From: Nitrospirota bacterium
GTDB taxonomy: Bacteria; Nitrospirota; Nitrospiria; Nitrospirales; NS-4
Direction: 5' to 3'
DNA length: 64,000 bases
Assembly (NCBI GenBank): GCA_005877615.1
Contig: VBOD01000108.1
Coordinates: 18,750-82,749 of the forward strand
In this document: positions 5,713-13,724 of the stretch, one piece after another
Layout of the letters: every line of letters starts with the position of its first letter
Numbering within the stretch: the first letter of the stretch is position 1
Position numbers and translations under genes: made by a program
Notes under the pieces: model-generated
What the model was told of the DNA's origin: nothing
Databases searched by the model: none
What the model saw: the letters and a program-made list of their open reading frames with translations, nothing else

Positions 5713-8700
5713 TTACAGAACGACCGGCACCGCCTGCCCCAGACGGAGGAAGATGACTTTGAACCCGGCGGGACAGTGACCCAACGCGTGGCGGACCGCC
5801 TCGGTGTAGATCCGGGCTTGCTCCCGGTAGGCCTCGGCCCGTTCCGCCACGTCAACCTCGGTAACGCGGTCAGTCTTGTAATCCGCCAGCCACACCGTGC
5901 CGTCCCTCTTATAAATGAGGTCGATGCGCCCTTCCATTAGAGCGGGAGAGGGCCCCGCTGACGCCCCTCCCGCACCCACTAGAGTGAGAGGGGGCCCCGG
6001 CCACGGCATGAGGAAGGGGACTTCGCGGCCGAGAATCGTGGCCTCTTTCAATTCGCCGTAGGCGTCGGAGCGCGCAAAGGCCTGCAGCACCTCACGGGCC
6101 TCTGCGAGAATCTCGTCACGATTCCCTTTGAACTCGTCCGGGAGCCAGCGTGCGGCGCGGCGATCTAATTGTTCAAGCAACACTTCAACCGTATCGCGAT
6201 AACTCCAGTCCTCTAGCGCTCTATGGACAAGGCCGCCGATGGCCGAAGCCAGCGTCGGGGAAGTTGTTGAAGTCGGCCCTTGGGGAGCGCCTTCGAGTGG
6301 GTGCGGGAGGGATGATGGTGTCAGGTAGAGGGATCGCTGGCGGCACTGCGACCACCGATCCTCACGGGCGCGCCAGCGGGCCTCAAACCCCGTGAGCTCG
6401 CGACGCGGCGCGGCGTCCTTCTTCTTCCGTCCTCCCCCGGCTCGCTTGCCGACGCCGGCGGGAATGACTGTCTTCGAGATGAGGTCGTCTGCAAGAGTAG
6501 GAGGGGGCCCCGCAGACACCCCTCCCACACCCACCTCCTCCTTGAGCAAGGCCAGGAAATTGCCCGGACTCTGCCGTCGCGTCAGCGCGCCCGAGAGCAC
6601 GAGCCGCTCCTTCGCGCGTGTCATCCCCACGTAGAGCAAGCGCCGCCGCTCGGCCTCGAGACGCGCCTCCAGCTTCTCCGCCACGTACGCCCCGCCCAGC
6701 GTGCAGCGCTCGCCCAGCCGCAGGCCCAAGACTCCCGTGGACCAATCCTGCTGGACTTGGATCGGCTCGTAGGGAGGCTTGGTGCCGGCATGCAACCCGA
6801 CCAGAATGACGATCGGGAACTCCAGCCCTTTGGCCTTGTGGACGCTCATGATCCGCACCGCCTCGCGGGATGTCTCCTCCGCCAGTCCGCTCTCGGACTC
6901 GTCCGGAGGGTCGGCGAGACGCGCTTTCAGCAGCTCCACGAAGCCGGCAAGCGTCATGCCGGGCTGATCCACGAGACCGTCGGCGAGCGCCCGCACCTTC
7001 CAGAGGTTCGCGACCGCCTGCTCGCCGTGCAAGGACGCCGCCGCCAGCTCCAGCAGGGGTAGCCGCTCGAAGATCAAGTCCAGCGCGTCCGGCAGCGGGC
7101 GCAGCGGGCAGTCCCGCTGCAGGGACGCGAGCGCCGCGTACAGCCGGCGTAGGTGACCGGCCTTGGGATGCGAGTCCAGACCGGACGGCCCCGTGCCGCG
7201 ATAATCCAGCGGCCCCAGCGCGACGAGGTCCATGATCTCCCGATCGGTCAGCGCGCCCACGGCCGAACGCAGCAGTCCCAACAGCGCGACCTGATCATGC
7301 GGATTCTGAACGCAGCACACGAGGTTGACGAGGTCAATCACCTCCTGCCGCTGGTAGAAATGTCGCTCCCCCTCCGCCACGTACGGCAGGCCGTGCCGGC
7401 GCAAGGCGCCCAGATACTCCCAGCTTTGCGTGAACGTCCGAAACAGCAGCGCCACATCCCCCGGCTCGACCGGACGGCGCCGTCCGTCCCGCTCGATCAG
7501 CACGTCCTGCCCGATGACCTCATGCTTCAGCCACCGCGCGACGGCTTCCGCTTCGGCCTCGACGCCTTCCTCGGCGCTGAGCGAAGCCCGCTCCTCATCG
7601 CGCGACGAGGATGCCACCAGCCGAAGCTCGACGCCCTGTGTCTGGGCGCCGGTCTTGCGGTCGGGGTCCGGCTCCAGGGGATCGTAGCGCGGCTGGAGGC
7701 CCGGGCGCTCGCGGATCAATCGCTCGAAGACCTGGTTGACGGCCATGAGGATCGTGCCATGACTGCGGAAATTCCGGGTGAGGGTGAGCGGCAGGCCGTC
7801 CTGGTCCTCCACCATCTGGCGGACGCGCTGGAACGCCTCGATATCAGCGCGACGGAACGCGAAGATCGACTGCTTGGGATCGCCGACGATGAACAGCTTG
7901 CCGGGATGCAGGCGTACGTTTGGCCAGGCCTCGGCCAGTCTGTCCTCATGCTCGGCCAGGAAGAGGAGGATCTCGTACTGAACCGGATCGGTATCCTGAA
8001 ACTCATCCACGAGGATGGCCTTGAACAGGCGCTTCAGCCGCGCCCGGACCTGCGGGTGGGTCTTCAGCAGGTCGCGGGCGCGGGCCAGGAGGCCGTCGAA
8101 CCGGACGTAGCCCGCATCGAGAAACCGTTGCCGGCACTGCGCGGCGAACGGCTCCAGCAGCCCGAGCAGGTCGCGGAAGAAGGCGTGATCGCTCGCCAGC
8201 ACCGCCTTGGCGGTCCTGACCAGATTGGCGGCGTCCTCAAACTCTTCCTCGCTCCAGCCGGCCGGAGGCTTCGCGCCTCCGTCCTTCTGCTCCAACAGCG
8301 TCCGCAGCTCCGCATCCAGTTCCGTAATGCCCGCAGGGCCGCCGCTGAGCACGCGGCCGAACAGACGGTCTGCGGCAGCCAGCAGCGCTTCGATTTGACG
8401 CGGCTTCTTCCCTCCCTCGCGGGAGGCCGACAAGAGCTCCCCTGCCCGCTGCTGCTTGCGTTCAAGCCAGGACCGGAGCGTCGGCGCGAGCCCGCCGCCG
8501 ACCTGGTCTTTGAGCGAATCGAGCGGGATGAGGTCATTGACCAGGGCCTTGGCGAACAACTCCAGCCCGGCCAGGTCCATGCCGCGCAGCACCCGTTTCC
8601 ACCGCTCCTGCCGGGGACAGGTGCCGCCGAGCTCGCCGTCCAGCCACTCACGCCACTCGCGCGTGAAGAAGTCGTCGAAGACGAACTCCTCATCAGGCGT

Positions 8701-9159
8701 GAACCGGGGATCCACGCCCGCTTCCAGGGGATAGAGGCGCAGGAGGTGCGCGGCGAAACTATGAATGGTCCCGATCTGGCTGTTCTCGAGCTCGCCCAGC
8801 GCCGCCTCGACCCGGCCCCGCAGCTCGTCGGTGGAGAGGCGATAGCGCGTGCGCAGGTCGGCGGCGGACAGGCGGTAGCGATCCCACAGCTCGCGGGCCG
8901 CCGGGGAGTCGTCCGGCGCCAGGACGCACTCCAGGCATTCCCGCAGGCGGATCTTGATCTCGTTGGCGGCCTTGTTCATGAACGTGAGCGCGACGACCTG
9001 CGACAGCGGCACCGCCTCGGGCGATTTGACGAGCAGGTGCACCAGGCGCGTGATCAGCAAGGTCGTCTTGCCGGTGCCCGCGCTGGCCGTCACCACCACG
9101 TTCCGATCGAAGGTCGTGGCGGCAAGAACCCGCGCCTGCTCGTCCCGTATCGCGGTCAC
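5713..9159 (-). CDS. addA: ATP-dependent helicase/nuclease subunit A (UvrD/Rep helicase + C-terminal PD-(D/E)XK nuclease)
   Basis: Walker A ASAGTGKTTLL. Helicase motifs ILVDEFQDTDPVQ, FIVGDPKQSIFAFRRAD and SVHKAKGLEFP...LLYVGMTRAKERL. Nuclease motif GRIDLIY...LADYKTD. Confidence 0.85.
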   Translation of the reverse strand: MTAIRDEQARVLAATTFDRNVVVTASAGTGKTTLLITRLVHLLVKSPEAVPLSQVVALTFMNKAANEIKIRLRECLECVLAPDDSPAARELWDRYRLSAADLRTRYRLSTDELRGRVEAALGELENSQIGTIHSFAAHLLRLYPLEAGVDPRFTPDEEFVFDDFFTREWREWLDGELGGTCPRQERWKRVLRGMDLAGLELFAKALVNDLIPLDSLKDQVGGGLAPTLRSWLERKQQRAGELLSASREGGKKPRQIEALLAAADRLFGRVLSGGPAGITELDAELRTLLEQKDGGAKPPAGWSEEEFEDAANLVRTAKAVLASDHAFFRDLLGLLEPFAAQCRQRFLDAGYVRFDGLLARARDLLKTHPQVRARLKRLFKAILVDEFQDTDPVQYEILLFLAEHEDRLAEAWPNVRLHPGKLFIVGDPKQSIFAFRRADIEAFQRVRQMVEDQDGLPLTLTRNFRSHGTILMAVNQVFERLIRERPGLQPRYDPLEPDPDRKTGAQTQGVELRLVASSSRDEERASLSAEEGVEAEAEAVARWLKHEVIGQDVLIERDGRRRPVEPGDVALLFRTFTQSWEYLGALRRHGLPYVAEGERHFYQRQEVIDLVNLVCCVQNPHDQVALLGLLRSAVGALTDREIMDLVALGPLDYRGTGPSGLDSHPKAGHLRRLYAALASLQRDCPLRPLPDALDLIFERLPLLELAAASLHGEQAVANLWKVRALADGLVDQPGMTLAGFVELLKARLADPPDESESGLAEETSREAVRIMSVHKAKGLEFPIVILVGLHAGTKPPYEPIQVQQDWSTGVLGLRLGERCTLGGAYVAEKLEARLEAERRRLLYVGMTRAKERLVLSGALTRRQSPGNFLALLKEEVGVGGVSAGPPPTLADDLISKTVIPAGVGKRAGGGRKKKDAAPRRELTGFEARWRAREDRWSQCRQRSLYLTPSSLPHPLEGAPQGPTSTTSPTLASAIGGLVHRALEDWSYRDTVEVLLEQLDRRAARWLPDEFKGNRDEILAEAREVLQAFARSDAYGELKEATILGREVPFLMPWPGPPLTLVGAGGASAGPSPALMEGRIDLIYKRDGTVWLADYKTDRVTEVDVAERAEAYREQARIYTEAVRHALGHCPAGFKVIFLRLGQAVPVVL
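5939..5997 (-). repeat. In-frame GC-rich palindromic repeat element, 1.5 units, inside the addA nuclease domain
   Basis: Core at 5944-5979; on the minus strand it reads GTGGGTGCGGGAGGGGCGTCAGCGGGGCCCTCTCCC. An extra half unit GAGAGGGGGCCCC lies at 5985-5997. Translated as PGPPLTLVGAGGASAGPSPAL. Confidence 0.8.
6494..6534 (-). repeat. In-frame GC-rich palindromic repeat element inside addA
   Basis: Core at 6499-6534; on the minus strand it reads GTGGGTGTGGGAGGGGTGTCTGCGGGGCCCCCTCCT. Translated as VGVGGVSAGPPP. Confidence 0.8.
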
Positions 9160-9163
9160 GGCG

Positions 9164-12100
9164 TCACCTCCCTCCGCCTGCTCGTTGCTGCCGGAGGTCC
9201 TCCAAGATTCGTTTCGCTACGTTGTCCCGCTGCCGCCACTTGGTCGGATGATGGGTCCGGCGGCAGGCCGGGGAAAACTCACAATAGTCGCAGTACTCGC
9301 CGGGCAGGATAAAGAAGCGCCCGTGCTGCACCCCCTCGAGGATCACGCGCACGGTCCCCTCCCCGCAGACCGCCGCGAGCCTCGTCCGCACCACCGGCCC
9401 GTTCGGCCAGTACGGGGCAAGGAAATAGAAGGCCGCCTCGTCCGGCACGGCCGGCTCCTCCTTTAAGACGCCGGTGGCGGCCAGCAAGTACAGCGGCGGC
9501 TGCAGGCGCTTCCCTCTGAGGGCCGCCGTCGCCAGATCGCGGTCTTCCAGTTTGGGCCCGCCCGACTCCGTGTACTTGTAGTCCACGATGCGGACATGGG
9601 CCTGCCCGTTCTCCCGACGCACATCCACCCGATCGAGGCGGCCGCGGATCGGCACGTGGCGCTGGGTGTCCGGCAACGTCGCGCCGAACGAGCCGGTCAC
9701 GGCCACCTCGAACAAGAGCGGACGGTAGCCGGACGCCCGCAGCTCCTGGAGGTCGTTCTCGATGAACGTCCGGACGAGGCGAGTGAGGTCTTCCTTGACC
9801 AGAGACCAGAGCAAGGGATAGCCGACGGGTTCGGTGGCTTCGAAATGGGTGAAGGCTTCGTCGGCAGCCGCACCCAGCCAGGCGTCGATGTCGGAGGAGG
9901 TCACCTGATCCGGAGCGACCTTGCGTTCAGTCAGCCGCTGGTAGAACAGTCGGAGGATGGCGTGGCACAGGGTGCCGCGGGCCCGCGCGTCCGGCACGAG
10001 GACGGAATCGGGCGTCTCCAGCGGCTCGAGCCGCAGGACTTTTTCGGCAAAATACTTGAAGGGACACTGCGCGTAGCGTTCCAGGGCCGTGGGCGAGACT
10101 CCGTGCCGCTCCAACATCCGCCAGTGGGCGCGGGCGACTCCGACCATGCCGTCATGGGGCGTCAGCGCCGGCTTCATCGAGTCAAGGGAGGCGACCGCCG
10201 CCAGCCCGTGCGCGAACAGCTCGGGCGGCTGATGCAGCCGCAACACCGACGTGAGGCTGGACGACGCGCCCCCTTGCAGGATCATCAGCAGGCCCGCCTC
10301 GCGCGGCGTGAGGACGGCGTAGTCGGACGGCCGCTGGGCAAACGGCCGCTCCGTCCACCGTAACGTCGGGCGACGCGTGATCCGGAGCTCGCTCTCGCCG
10401 ACGTGCGGCTTCAGCTCCGCCAGGTAGCCGGAGGGGACCATCATGCGGCCGTCGCGGTCGGCGCGTTGATGGCTGAGGACGACCCGCTCGCGGGCCGAGC
10501 GGAGCAGGAGCGCGACGAGCAGGCGCTCTTCCTCGAACCCCTCCAGCTTGCACGGGATCTTGAAGCCGAGATCGCGCGCCAGGACAACCCGGTCGGCATC
10601 GCGCAAGAACGGGTCCTCCTGGACGGAGCGCGGGAAGACCTTCTCATTGAGCCCGAGCACGAAGAGGGCGCGGAACGGCACGCCGCGGGCGTCCATCGCA
10701 TCCAGGACCTGGACTCCGTGGCGATCGCCAGCCGCGGACGGCACGCGGGCACGCTCTAGCACGCGGATGACATGCTCCACCCAGTCCGCCAGGGTGATGG
10801 CCTCGCTCAACTGCTCCAGCGACGCGACGGACTCCAGACACGCCTTGATGGCCGTCTGCACCCGGTCTGCGTGCGTGTCCGACGCGCCCGTCTCCCAGGC
10901 CGGCAGGTGGAAGTATTCCGGCAGCAGCTGTCGAAACTCTTCGGTGTAAGCATCCCATCCCGCCGTGCCGGGCAGCGCCGAGAGGGCCCGGTGCAGCCGC
11001 GCGACCAGGTCGAACAGCAGCGCCACCTGCTCGGCGGCGATGGCCGGCCGGGGCTGCTCCGCGTCATCGTCAACAGGCACGGCAAGGCCCGTCTTCGCGG
11101 CCCGCTCCAGGCGCAGCCAATCGCCCAGGCTGCCATCTTCCGGATTGCCCCGAACGATGCCCAGACGGCGGGTCGCCCAATCCCACAGGTCCGGGCGCAG
11201 ATTTGCATCAGCCGGACAGAGTTCTGCAACTCGGAAGGCGGGGGAAGTCAAAACCTCGATCACGAAAGCCCGCGGGAAGGCTTCCACCGGGAGGCGGAGA
11301 AACCGGATGATCGTCTTGACCAGCGGTTCATGGATCAGGGGCTCGCCCACCGGACAGGCGAAGGGAATCCGGTTGTCATCAAAGATGCGGCGGAGAGTCG
11401 GCATATAGGGGTCGAGCGTCCGCGCCACGACGCCGATCTCCAGCGGATCGCAGCGGGAGTCCTCGATCAGGCGGAGAATCTCCTTGGCCGCCGCCGCCAC
11501 CTCGTCCTCGACGCCGACGACGCTGACGATGCGGCAGGCCCCGCGAACAGCCGGTGCCATTTCATCAGCCAGCGATGACGTAGTGGGTGTGGGAGGGGCG
11601 CTTCGGGTGGGGCCCCCTCCCACTCTAATGGCCAACCCCTGGATGTACGTCTCAAAGAACCGCTGCGCGAACCGGTAGTCCGCGGATTCCGGTCGCACGG
11701 GGAAAAAGAGCGTGGTGGGGTACGCGCCCGCGACGGCCTTGAAGAAATCCAGTTGGCCTTGGGTCAAGTCGTAAAAGCCGTAGTAGCAGATGCGGGCCAT
11801 GCGGTTCAGGAACGCGGAGTCCGCCACGCGCTCCATGGCCAGGGCGGCCAGATCGTCCGGATCGGCGAGCCGCAGCGCCCGGTCCACTTCGAGAACGGCC
11901 GCGTACAGGCGAACCAGCGCGGCCAGGCGCGCCGGGTCGTCGGTCCTGAGCCGCCCCTCGTCCAGCGCCTGTAACACGGCGGACGGATCCACCCGCGCTT
12001 CCTTCAGGTCCTGGACCGTCGCCCAGAGACCGGTCCAGAGCCCCTGCATCCCCCGCCGGTCGCGGAATGCCTCCGCGCCGGGCACGCCGCGGTCCACGAG

Positions 12101-12391
12101 ATAGCGCAGCAGCTCTTCGCGGAAGGATCCGTTCACCAGGGCCGGCAGGATTTCTCCGCCCGCCTCCCGGAGCACGGTCATGGCCAGTTGATGGAACGTC
12201 AGCACGTGGCACTCAAGGAGCGCGCGCCCCTGCTCCACGGACAGGAGCCATTTCACGCGCCGCGCGAGCTGATGCGACGGGACCACGATGGCGAGCGGGC
12301 GGAGCGGATCGTCCTGTTTCAGCGAGTGGGATTCAGCGACGAGGGCGTTTTCGAGATCGGGATGGAACGGACCGGTGACGATCGAGAGCAT
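9164..12391 (-). CDS. addB: Helicase/nuclease subunit B (AddB-type, PD-(D/E)XK nuclease with Fe-S cluster cysteines)
   Basis: Lies 4 nt downstream of addA. C-terminal motif GRLDRVDV...IVDYKY and Cys cluster QCPFKY...CDYCEFSPAC. The size (1075 aa) is typical of AddB. Confidence 0.8.
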   Translation of the reverse strand: MLSIVTGPFHPDLENALVAESHSLKQDDPLRPLAIVVPSHQLARRVKWLLSVEQGRALLECHVLTFHQLAMTVLREAGGEILPALVNGSFREELLRYLVDRGVPGAEAFRDRRGMQGLWTGLWATVQDLKEARVDPSAVLQALDEGRLRTDDPARLAALVRLYAAVLEVDRALRLADPDDLAALAMERVADSAFLNRMARICYYGFYDLTQGQLDFFKAVAGAYPTTLFFPVRPESADYRFAQRFFETYIQGLAIRVGGGPTRSAPPTPTTSSLADEMAPAVRGACRIVSVVGVEDEVAAAAKEILRLIEDSRCDPLEIGVVARTLDPYMPTLRRIFDDNRIPFACPVGEPLIHEPLVKTIIRFLRLPVEAFPRAFVIEVLTSPAFRVAELCPADANLRPDLWDWATRRLGIVRGNPEDGSLGDWLRLERAAKTGLAVPVDDDAEQPRPAIAAEQVALLFDLVARLHRALSALPGTAGWDAYTEEFRQLLPEYFHLPAWETGASDTHADRVQTAIKACLESVASLEQLSEAITLADWVEHVIRVLERARVPSAAGDRHGVQVLDAMDARGVPFRALFVLGLNEKVFPRSVQEDPFLRDADRVVLARDLGFKIPCKLEGFEEERLLVALLLRSARERVVLSHQRADRDGRMMVPSGYLAELKPHVGESELRITRRPTLRWTERPFAQRPSDYAVLTPREAGLLMILQGGASSSLTSVLRLHQPPELFAHGLAAVASLDSMKPALTPHDGMVGVARAHWRMLERHGVSPTALERYAQCPFKYFAEKVLRLEPLETPDSVLVPDARARGTLCHAILRLFYQRLTERKVAPDQVTSSDIDAWLGAAADEAFTHFEATEPVGYPLLWSLVKEDLTRLVRTFIENDLQELRASGYRPLLFEVAVTGSFGATLPDTQRHVPIRGRLDRVDVRRENGQAHVRIVDYKYTESGGPKLEDRDLATAALRGKRLQPPLYLLAATGVLKEEPAVPDEAAFYFLAPYWPNGPVVRTRLAAVCGEGTVRVILEGVQHGRFFILPGEYCDYCEFSPACRRTHHPTKWRQRDNVAKRILEDLRQQRAGGGR
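11583..11627 (+). repeat. In-frame GC-rich palindromic repeat element inside addB, opposite orientation to the other copies
   Basis: Core at 11583-11621; on the plus strand it reads GTGGGTGTGGGAGGGGCGCTTCGGGTGGGGCCCCCTCCC. The gene reads the complementary strand as VGGGPTRSAPPTPT. Confidence 0.8.
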
Positions 12392-12513
12392 GACGGAAGT
12401 AGCCTAACGGAAAACCGAGAGGGGCACAAGAACGGATGTCACCTTTTGCACGCTGCCGTGTCTCATTGACAAGGAAAACAGTCCAGCATACTCTTTCCAA
12501 ACACGGATTCACG

Positions 12514-13107
12514 ATGGACCAGGAACTCGTTCAGTATCTCGATAGCCGATTCCAATCGGTTACCAGGCAATTCCAAGAGTTGCGGGGGGAGATGAGTGAA
12601 CAGCTCCAAGGGTTGCGCGGCGGGACGACCGAGGGGTTCCAAGGGTTGCGTGATGAGACGACTGCGGGGCTCCAAGAGTTGCGTGGCGAAATGACCGCGG
12701 GGTTCCAAGAATTGCGCGGCGAGATGACCGCAGGGCTCCAAGGGTTACGCGGGGAGATGACTGAGGCGCTCCAGGGGTTGCGCGGCGAGATGACCGCGGG
12801 GTTCCAAGGGTTACGCGGGGAGATGACTGAGGAACTCCAAGAGTTGCAGGGGGAGATGACCGCGGGGCTGGAAGAGGTCAAGCGGCACTCCGGCGTGCTG
12901 GTAGAAGGCCTCCGGCACGAGCTTCAGCTCGTGGCCGAAGGCTTCGCCATGCACGTCCAAGTTCAGCACGTGCAGGAACGGGAATACCACGACCGGCAGC
13001 ATCAGGAGACCCGCGCGCTCATCCGATCACTCTATGATGAGCTCCGGCAGCAGCACGACCACCTCCGCCAGCGTGTCGAGAACCTCGAACAGAAGAGACA
13101 GAACTAG
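12514..13107 (+). CDS. Repeat protein: nine tandem 11-residue units (LRGEMTAGxQG) followed by a His/Gln-rich coiled-coil tail
   Basis: ATG at 12514 within ORF 12436..13107. TTGACA (12466-12471), 17 nt, TACTCT lie upstream. The periodic sequence is visible in both DNA and protein. Confidence 0.7.
   Translation: MDQELVQYLDSRFQSVTRQFQELRGEMSEQLQGLRGGTTEGFQGLRDETTAGLQELRGEMTAGFQELRGEMTAGLQGLRGEMTEALQGLRGEMTAGFQGLRGEMTEELQELQGEMTAGLEEVKRHSGVLVEGLRHELQLVAEGFAMHVQVQHVQEREYHDRQHQETRALIRSLYDELRQQHDHLRQRVENLEQKRQN
12580..12876 (+). repeat. Tandem 33-nt coding repeat, 9 units
   Basis: Units TTGCG(C/G)GG(C/G)GAGATGAC(C/T)GCGGGG(T/C)TCCAAG(G/A)G with few substitutions. They encode LRGEMSEQLQG, LRGGTTEGFQG, LRDETTAGLQE, LRGEMTAGFQE, LRGEMTAGLQG, LRGEMTEALQG, LRGEMTAGFQG, LRGEMTEELQE and LQGEMTAGLEE. 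Confidence 0.9.
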
Positions 13108-13118
13108 GGCCGAGCGGC

Positions 13119-13523
13119 ATGGCAGACAGAAGATACAGCCAACGGGGCTATCGGGAACACGAGAAGGAGCGGCAGGGAAAGCCCAAGGACCCTGCGCGAT
13201 CGGGCGCGCCTGCGATGCCTCAAACTCTGACCGTCTCCCGCTGCACGGACTGCGGAACGCTGCTGCCGCCTCTCACCGACTCGCTCGGCCAGTGTCCCAA
13301 GTGCAGGTCAGAACTCCATTCCTGCCGGCAGTGCGCCCACTTCGATCCCGGCCAGCATTTTGAGTGCACCCAGCCTGTGCCGGAGCGCATCTCCAACAAA
13401 GGCGCTCGCAATGAGTGCACGTTCTTCTCGCTGCATGTCACGGTGGAACGTGATGCCTCGTCGGGGTCCGCGCGCCCTGAAGATGCTCGCCGCGCTCTTG
13501 ACAACCTCTTCAAGAAGAAGTAG
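13119..13523 (+). CDS. Hypothetical zinc-ribbon protein with basic N-terminus
   Basis: ORF track, 134 aa. Motifs CTDCG...CPKC...CRQCAHF...EC. It lies 11 nt downstream of the repeat-protein gene and is probably co-transcribed. Confidence 0.6.
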   Translation: MADRRYSQRGYREHEKERQGKPKDPARSGAPAMPQTLTVSRCTDCGTLLPPLTDSLGQCPKCRSELHSCRQCAHFDPGQHFECTQPVPERISNKGARNECTFFSLHVTVERDASSGSARPEDARRALDNLFKKK

Positions 13524-13681
13524 CTCGGCCTCCTAGCCCTCCGCCGGAGCCTGTCCCTGTCTTGTTCGATGTAGGGGCGCCGTGTGCTGCGTCCGTTCCT
13601 TCATGATCTGAAGAGTGCGGCGGGAGGAAGCGGAGCGGGAAATGGAGTCTGACCCTAATTTTCTTTTCCCGTGAGCAAAGA

Positions 13682-13710
13682 CACGGGGCGCCTGCAGCAG
13701 GCGCCCCGTG
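13682..13710. terminator. Perfect GC-rich hairpin between convergent genes (terminator-like)
   Basis: CACGGGGCGCCTG cag CAGGCGCCCCGTG, 13-nt arms. No clean U-tract on either strand. Confidence 0.4.
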
Positions 13711-13724
13711 GAGTGATTGTTGGC

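Noticed and set aside
7153-9312. A very long ORF lies antisense to addA (719 aa). Similar ones lie antisense to clpC (43261..45450, 729 aa), lysS (20796..22214), lolC (22266..23525), hflX (40149..41600), trpB (26248..27402), the 2-hydroxyacid dehydrogenase (17022..18170), lpxD (29329..30612), accC (32115..33248) and GH15.
   Set aside because: These are typical shadow ORFs of GC-rich DNA. They are Arg/Pro/Gly/Ala/His-rich low-complexity translations with no recognisable motifs, and they lie exactly opposite genes with strong family signatures. They are not supported as coding.
5713-12391. The UvrD-like helicase plus PD-(D/E)XK nuclease pair could be a possible anti-phage defence system (Gabija-like or other helicase-nuclease systems).
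   Set aside because: Several features match canonical AddAB double-strand-break repair: the sizes (1148 and 1075 aa), the gene order, the AddA nuclease motif, the AddB Fe-S cysteine cluster and the housekeeping context. There are no additional defence-type partners.
12580-12876. The regular 33-nt periodicity could be mistaken for a CRISPR array.
   Set aside because: The units are directly adjacent, with no unique spacers. They lie in one uninterrupted reading frame with codon-level periodicity, and there is no leader or cas gene. This is a coding tandem repeat.
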